DNA from: Dudresnaya verticillata
Taxonomy: Eukaryota
Assembly: GCA_977862235.1 (NCBI GenBank)
Contig: OZ374565.1
Location: 1,240,001 to 1,304,000 of the forward strand
Direction of reading: 5' to 3'
Length of the DNA stretch: 64,000 bases
The first letter of the stretch is position 1. Every line of letters begins with the position of its first letter. The translations under genes were made by a program, and so were the position numbers. The notes under the pieces were generated by a model, which saw nothing but the letters and a program-made list of their open reading frames with translations, did not search any database and was not told where the DNA came from. Positions 57,884-64,000 of this stretch are shown piece after piece.

Positions 57884-60800
57884 TGTTGAGGACATGGTCG
57901 CTGGCGCCTCACGTCACGGGTCAGGTACCCCAGATGGTACCCTGGCACGCTTTCACCAAACCTTCCGGAGACGACAGCCCTTTTTCCGGGCTTCCAAAAT
58001 CACGGCGCATTTAGGCCTTTTGCAAAAGCAACGTGAAACGGGCTTCTGATTGGTTGTTACAAACCGCCTCCATGGTCTATATGGCTTACAAGTGTTGTGC
58101 TGGAATTGGCGGTTATAACAGGAACGGCCAAGTGGAACGATCTGATTGGACCACATGGATGCACGTGGTATGGCATGGAATGGTACTGGTATGACGCGCA
58201 CTGTACTCCACAAGTACATATGAACGTGCCATGCAATGTGCTGATGGCGTCTGAGTTGGTACTGCAGGGACTTGCGCTACGTGGAGCCTGGCTGGTGATA
58301 TCAGCAGATGCAGTTGTCGTGCGGCCGACACGTTGGTTTACAGTTGCCACGTAGGTGTCGTGCGGCCGACACGTTGGTTTACAGCTGCCACGTAGGCAAA
58401 TCTGGATGATTACGTGGTCAATGATCCAAGTTGGATATTCATGGACGGACTTGAGCTGGTAAGTGCGGCCACGTGGTGTGCAGCGTTGTCCGACAGCAGC
58501 CATGCGGGGACACTCGATACTTTCACGTTCCCGCCCAAAGTTGGAGTACATATGGATGGCAGGAAATGCGGTCGCAAGAGGGATTGCTGATGTCAGCAGT
58601 TAGCAACACTGGTGTGCAAGTTCCCGCCCATTTTGGTGGCGGATGTGAGTGTGCTGAGAGTATGATTTGGTAGATTTAATTGCTTTACTTTTTCCCGCCC
58701 ATTTGATGATAGGGATTTTGGGCGTTTCTTTAATGATTTGTTTTGTTTGTGTTCACGCAGCAACTCATCCGAAAAGCTGATATAAGCCATGTCGGATGGT
58801 CGACTGCAGTAAACGAAGTCAAGCGACTTCCATTTCTCATCTTGTTCAACTTCAACCTCTCCATATTCCTTTTCAGGTTATGGGCCCAGAAGGTCGACCT
58901 ACGCAGACTTCATCGCTTCGCTCCAACCTTCTTCCTTTTTCTTTTCATTCTTGATACTGTCCTGTCGGGTCCTGGCCTGTCCTGTCTGCTTGTGTCCTGC
59001 CCTGTCGGCTTGTGTCCTGTCCTGTCTGCTTGTTGTCTGTTGAAAGTGGTCCCTATCCCACTGTGTCGGCTTGTGTCTCTGATTTTGTGAGAGAGTTCTC
59101 GAGGCTCTCGTCCGCTGTTGTCTTGGTCCGTGAGCTTGCTGAGAGGTTCAGGGTTGTGCGTGGTGACTCTCGTTAAGTCAGGACCTCGTTGGCCTAGGGG
59201 AGCAGCCTCCAGTAAGATCCAGAACCTTGACACGGTTGGGCCTAGTTCCATTCCTGCAAGAGACTGGACCTGTTAGTGTGGTGAACACTCGTTTTGAGTT
59301 AGTACCCATAAGGTGGACGTCTCGTAAGGATTGCGTACTTCGTGTCTGTGTGCGCACGAAAGGGCTGCTGAAAGACGCATTTCACCCGGAGAATCATATC
59401 CGGGGGCCAGGAGTCCGACTCCTAGGGGTGACTAGGTAGAACCTGGTGCCAGAACATCCCGCGTCAAAAAGACGTTCAACTATCAAGAATCAACTTTTCA
59501 ACTTCAAGTTTCAACTTTTCTTCTTCAGTCCAGGTGATCCCATCATCACCTGAGAGTTTCATTACTCCAAGCGTGGGAGCTACTTGGCAAAGTGTGCTCC
59601 GCTTGTGACTGTATTATATTACCGACGTGTTCGACACATTTCTCAGTTTCGTCGTCACGTCTTCGTTGTGTGAGCTGCACTGCTCTTCTTAACACGACTA
59701 TTACCCTCTGGGCATCGACACTGTTGCACTAACAGCACTGCCCCAAGTTCAAGTTTTCTAAAACTATTCAAGTTATCTGTTCTCACCATCAGTCCCAACA
59801 GCTATGACTGATACCGAAGCCGAGATGGATACGTCGAGCGGGGTCAAGATACCCCGTTTCCACGGCAGGAGAGGTGACGACTATGGTCTCTGGCGCCATC
59901 GCCTTCGTGCCGCATGCCGCATCAAAGGGTTTTGGAATGTTTTCCACACCTCAAACGACACACCGAGCAGCTCACAGTCAACTGGAGAGGCCTCAGCGGA
60001 TACTTCCATTCTTCACGCCAGAACCTTGGCCAAACGTGAGAAGGCTTGCGGGATCATCATTTCCGCACTTGGTGATGCTCCGCCTCGTGTCGTTATGGAG
60101 GTTGATGATGACCCCAAACGCATGCTGGAGCTATTGGACTCGCGCTATGCGTCCAGTCGAACCGTATCCCGTATCGCCGTACAGACCAAGCTATTCCGTA
60201 TGACGTACACCGGTCAGAATATGTCCAACTATGTCTACCAGTACACGTCACTGTTCGCCCAACTGGAACGCATGGGCAACGACTCGGCGATACCGGAGAC
60301 GCATAAGGCACCTATGCTGCTTGCTTCCATTGATCCGTCCTACCACCTGGAGTCAACAGCTGCAGCTCTTCGCACCAAAGATGCTGCTGAGCTGACTTGG
60401 GACTACGTCGCAACCACGCTGATCGATGAGTACAACGCCAAAGATTCTCATGGATCAAACGCAGGTGGGAGATCCAGTAAGTCGAAGAGTCGTCGGAAGA
60501 AGAAAAAGATGTCCGCGTCGTCAGGTTCTCGCCAGCAACAAACCACGCTGGATGACAACGACGACTCCGATGACTCTTCTGATATTGAATCCACCGTCCG
60601 TGCGTTGGCGGTTGCACTCAAGTCCGCCAAGCAGGCTCACTCCACCCCGAACCGGCACCTTCACTGTGATGTTTGCGACAAGGATGGACACACTGCGGAT
60701 CGATGCTACCTCGATCCGGAAAATCCCAACAACAAGCTTCCTCCAAAGGTGCGACAGATGTTCACCAACCAGGGCAAAAAGGGCAACGCCAACTCGGCGG

Positions 60801-63800
60801 TAGCTGCATCTGGTAAGAATAATGGTAAATCTGCAAAAGTAGAAATCGCCGGTGCATCGGTTGAGATGACTACTGTTGTTCCTCCGAACGACCAAGGAAC
60901 GTATGCCGACAGTGGAGCAACTGTGCATTGCTTCCACTCAATGACTTCTTTTGTACCGAGCTCAGTATCGCGCTGCGAAAAGCGTACTGTAGTGCTTGCG
61001 GACAAGTCGTCTGTCACCTCAGACCTATGTGGAGATGTGATTCTGCCGTTTGAGCATGCCAATATTCGGCTCAAGAAGGCCCTCTTCATCCCGCAGATGG
61101 GATACAATCTTGTCTCTACTGGGCGTCTGGCAGATAAAGGAATTGAATCCCACTTTCGCCGCTTGGACGTGCGCTTGGTACTCGACTCTGATGGGTACTA
61201 TATTGGATCCGGTGTTCGCGATGCGAGTTCTGGAATGTACATGCTACCAGAACCCGAGCCGCACACTTCGGAGGAGCAAGTACTGGCTGTCCCCAGCACG
61301 CAGCAAACTACTGGGCTCTGGCATCGACTTCTTGCCCACATTAATTTTCGGGACTTGGCCAAAGTGCACGAGCATGTGGAGGGTGTTCCGGAGTTGGGCT
61401 CCACTCATGAAGTGTGTCGGGCTTGTAGACTTGGGAAAGCACACAAACAATCATTCCCAGGGCACTTCCGCCCGGCCAAAGCTGTCGGTGATCTCGTGCA
61501 TTCCGACATTGTTGGTCCAATCCAGATCTCCTTTCCCGATCGTTTCCGGTATGCCACGACGTTTCTGGATGATAAATCCCGTTTCTTGGTCGTCGCATGT
61601 ATGAGAAGTCGCCGTATGTTGAGTGCAGCATTTGATCGAGCTTTAGCAAAGTTTATCGAGCTTGGAGGAGCGGAAATAACAAAACTCCACTCAGACGGGA
61701 CTCAGGAGTATTTGGCTTTGCAGAAAGATTTGGGAGGAGTTGGAGACAGTGGCAAATCCTTCTCCCCACCTTATACTCCGGAGCTGAATGGAATCGCGGA
61801 AAGGGTGAACCGAACCATGGTGGAAGCTGCCCTGACTTTGCTGATCCAGGCTGATCTACCGGGATGTTTGTGGCCGTTTGCACTGAAGCATGTCAACTAC
61901 GTGCGCAATAGGGTACCACACTCAACCGTTGGGGCTACGCCATACTCGGTCATGACAGGTGATGTTCCTGATTTAAAACATTTAAGAGTGTTTGGATGTG
62001 CTGCATATGTCCTAAGGCTCCCACGCGGATCCAAGTTCGAGTCTCGTGCACTTGAGGGGGTGCACTTGGAGACTCTAGAGCATGGGATCTACAGGATATT
62101 GGTCACTGGCGGTGACGGTATACCTCGTGTGGTTGAGTCGCGGCATGTCACATTCGACGAGTCCAAATTCCCGGGTGCTCCAAGCCTGTTGGAATATGGG
62201 CAGGACGAGGCAGATTCGGATGAAGATTACGAGTCTAACTCAGAGGCCTCTACTTTCAACTCGGACTCTGATGAAGATGTGTCGCTGGGTAACTTTGAGG
62301 ATGAAGAGGATGCAATTGAGGTTGACACACCTTCTTCAGCTCCACTACCTCCATCAGAACCCAGCTCATTCGAATCTGATGACACGGCTGAGGAAGAAAA
62401 CGTCTATGACAGTCCTCCGGCTGGTGTGAGTTCAGATCCAGAACGCCAGCAACAGAGTCGATATCCTCGTCGCCAACGTCGCCAGACGTCGAAATGGTTT
62501 ATGGCAAGCTCTGCACAAGCTGAACAACAGGTTGCCCTCACAACGGGAGATGAGCCCACTCTTCGAGAGGCCATGTCTGCCACTCCGGAGGAGCGCGGGT
62601 TGTGGCAATCTGCCGTTGATGATGAGTTCGCATCCTTGGAATCAAAAGGCACTTGGGTCCGTGATGACAGTCCCGGTGCACAGCCGCTTCCAACGCACGC
62701 CGTGCTGAAAGTCAAACGCAAGTCCGACGGGACCGTCGAGCGCTTCAAAGCGCGGGTCGTCGCTGGTGGAAACTTCCAGACGTATGGTGAAGACTACATG
62801 GAAACGTACGCCCCAGTTGTGTCGTTCTCGCTGGTGCGCATGTTCCTATACTTGGTACTGTGTTTGAACCTGTTTGTCGTACAGCTAGACGTGAAGACGG
62901 CTTTCCTGAATGGTGATCTGGCAGAACACGTGTGGGTAATGTCACCGCGTGGGATTCCTGGAAGGGAATCTCTCTGTTACAAACTTCTGAAAGCTATGTA
63001 TGGGCTAAAACAGGCTCACCTAGCTTGGCACACCAAGCTGTGTGGTGACCTTGCTAGGATGATGTTTGAGGAATTGCCAAGTGCGCCTTGCGTGTTTCGT
63101 CGCAAATCCAAGTCTTCTGGATATGCATACATCTTGGTGTACGTTGATGACTTGCTCATCCTCGCGCCCACAAAGGCGGAGAGAGACGCCATTGTTAAGG
63201 AGCTGCAGGGCCTCTACGATCTACGGCTGTCTGCAGGGGTTGACCTCTTCCTCGGAGTCGAGCTTGGATGGGAGCTAGACTCTGATGGCAGATTTGTGTC
63301 CCTCAAGATGACTCAACAGGTCTACACGGAAAGTGTTCTTCGTCGATTTGGACTTCAGAACTCTAAGCCGGCTTGTACGCCAATGGTTGAGTCTTTCTTC
63401 ACTGGACTTGCCGCCGAAGAGGACAAGGCCGTCGTATCGGTTGAGCCGTACCAGCAGATGATCGGGTCACTTCTGTACTTGGGGCTTCGCACAAGGCTGG
63501 ACATTTTGGCCTCTGTGCTTATCCTCGCACGGTTCCAGAAGGCTCCAACTGCGTACTGTCACCGCGGTGCAAAGAGGGTTCTGCGATATCTTCGAGGCAC
63601 TCACAAGCATGGAGTTACGTACCAGTCCGGAAGCACTCGTATCCAAGCTTATGTGGACGCTGACTATGCCGGTGACACCACAGACCGAAAATCTATGTCT
63701 GGTTATATGGTGAAACTGGGAGATGCAGTGTATATTTGGGGATCCAAGAAGCAGTCAACTGTTGCTCTCTCAACTTGCGAGTTGGAGTACTATGCAATGA

Positions 63801-64000
63801 CTCTGGCTGCGAAAGAGACGGTTTGGGTCACGCGAGTGCTGAAGGAGGCCGACTTGAACGTCGAAGGCCCCGTTCCATTGAGATCAGACAGCCAGTCTGC
63901 CATCAATTGGGCTACTGGAGAACGCTGTCCGTCTGGTCGTGCCAAGCACATTGACGTTCGTGTACACTTCATTCGCGAACTTGTCGCCGACTCTGCTCTG
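57884..64000 (+). mobile_element. Second copy of young Copia family (5' LTR 57884-58875), runs off window
   Basis: Highly similar to 31388-37560 with scattered substitutions; PBS at 58876. Confidence 0.95.
59804..64000 (+). CDS. Copia gag-pol polyprotein, partial (3' end outside window)
   Basis: ATG at 59804 colinear with 33361; absent from ORF track, consistent with no stop inside window. Confidence 0.85.
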   Translation, partial: MTDTEAEMDTSSGVKIPRFHGRRGDDYGLWRHRLRAACRIKGFWNVFHTSNDTPSSSQSTGEASADTSILHARTLAKREKACGIIISALGDAPPRVVMEVDDDPKRMLELLDSRYASSRTVSRIAVQTKLFRMTYTGQNMSNYVYQYTSLFAQLERMGNDSAIPETHKAPMLLASIDPSYHLESTAAALRTKDAAELTWDYVATTLIDEYNAKDSHGSNAGGRSSKSKSRRKKKKMSASSGSRQQQTTLDDNDDSDDSSDIESTVRALAVALKSAKQAHSTPNRHLHCDVCDKDGHTADRCYLDPENPNNKLPPKVRQMFTNQGKKGNANSAVAASGKNNGKSAKVEIAGASVEMTTVVPPNDQGTYADSGATVHCFHSMTSFVPSSVSRCEKRTVVLADKSSVTSDLCGDVILPFEHANIRLKKALFIPQMGYNLVSTGRLADKGIESHFRRLDVRLVLDSDGYYIGSGVRDASSGMYMLPEPEPHTSEEQVLAVPSTQQTTGLWHRLLAHINFRDLAKVHEHVEGVPELGSTHEVCRACRLGKAHKQSFPGHFRPAKAVGDLVHSDIVGPIQISFPDRFRYATTFLDDKSRFLVVACMRSRRMLSAAFDRALAKFIELGGAEITKLHSDGTQEYLALQKDLGGVGDSGKSFSPPYTPELNGIAERVNRTMVEAALTLLIQADLPGCLWPFALKHVNYVRNRVPHSTVGATPYSVMTGDVPDLKHLRVFGCAAYVLRLPRGSKFESRALEGVHLETLEHGIYRILVTGGDGIPRVVESRHVTFDESKFPGAPSLLEYGQDEADSDEDYESNSEASTFNSDSDEDVSLGNFEDEEDAIEVDTPSSAPLPPSEPSSFESDDTAEEENVYDSPPAGVSSDPERQQQSRYPRRQRRQTSKWFMASSAQAEQQVALTTGDEPTLREAMSATPEERGLWQSAVDDEFASLESKGTWVRDDSPGAQPLPTHAVLKVKRKSDGTVERFKARVVAGGNFQTYGEDYMETYAPVVSFSLVRMFLYLVLCLNLFVVQLDVKTAFLNGDLAEHVWVMSPRGIPGRESLCYKLLKAMYGLKQAHLAWHTKLCGDLARMMFEELPSAPCVFRRKSKSSGYAYILVYVDDLLILAPTKAERDAIVKELQGLYDLRLSAGVDLFLGVELGWELDSDGRFVSLKMTQQVYTESVLRRFGLQNSKPACTPMVESFFTGLAAEEDKAVVSVEPYQQMIGSLLYLGLRTRLDILASVLILARFQKAPTAYCHRGAKRVLRYLRGTHKHGVTYQSGSTRIQAYVDADYAGDTTDRKSMSGYMVKLGDAVYIWGSKKQSTVALSTCELEYYAMTLAAKETVWVTRVLKEADLNVEGPVPLRSDSQSAINWATGERCPSGRAKHIDVRVHFIRELVADSAL

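Overview
Eukaryotic, almost entirely transposon-derived window made of nested LTR retrotransposons. The mix of half-tRNA-primed Copia, GalEa-like Copia, chromodomain Gypsy and pogo-/Sola-like DNA transposon relics suggests a red-algal genome such as Chondrus/Gracilaria, which is inference only. It contains one full-length Gypsy element (2918-15395, TSD CAGTG) nested in a dead Copia; one apparently intact, very young Copia (31388-38710, TSD TCATC) plus a second copy running off the right edge; a short-LTR Copia (45705-50433, TSD GGCGT); several solo LTRs with verifiable TSDs; two inverted remnants of a second Gypsy family; and small host-gene fragments (ABCB nucleotide-binding domain, SnoaL-like). 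The most interesting signal is a large ANTISENSE accessory ORF between pol and the 3' LTR. It is fully open (951 aa) in an element whose gag/pol are wrecked, and a motif-level homologue sits at the same position in a second Gypsy family with different LTRs. Also notable: a -1 frameshift signal with pseudoknot, an unusual PBS offset 6 nt from the LTR, a convergent peptidase-like ORF behind a Copia pol, a ~925-bp apparently identical tract between inverted copies, and stuttered LTR starts.
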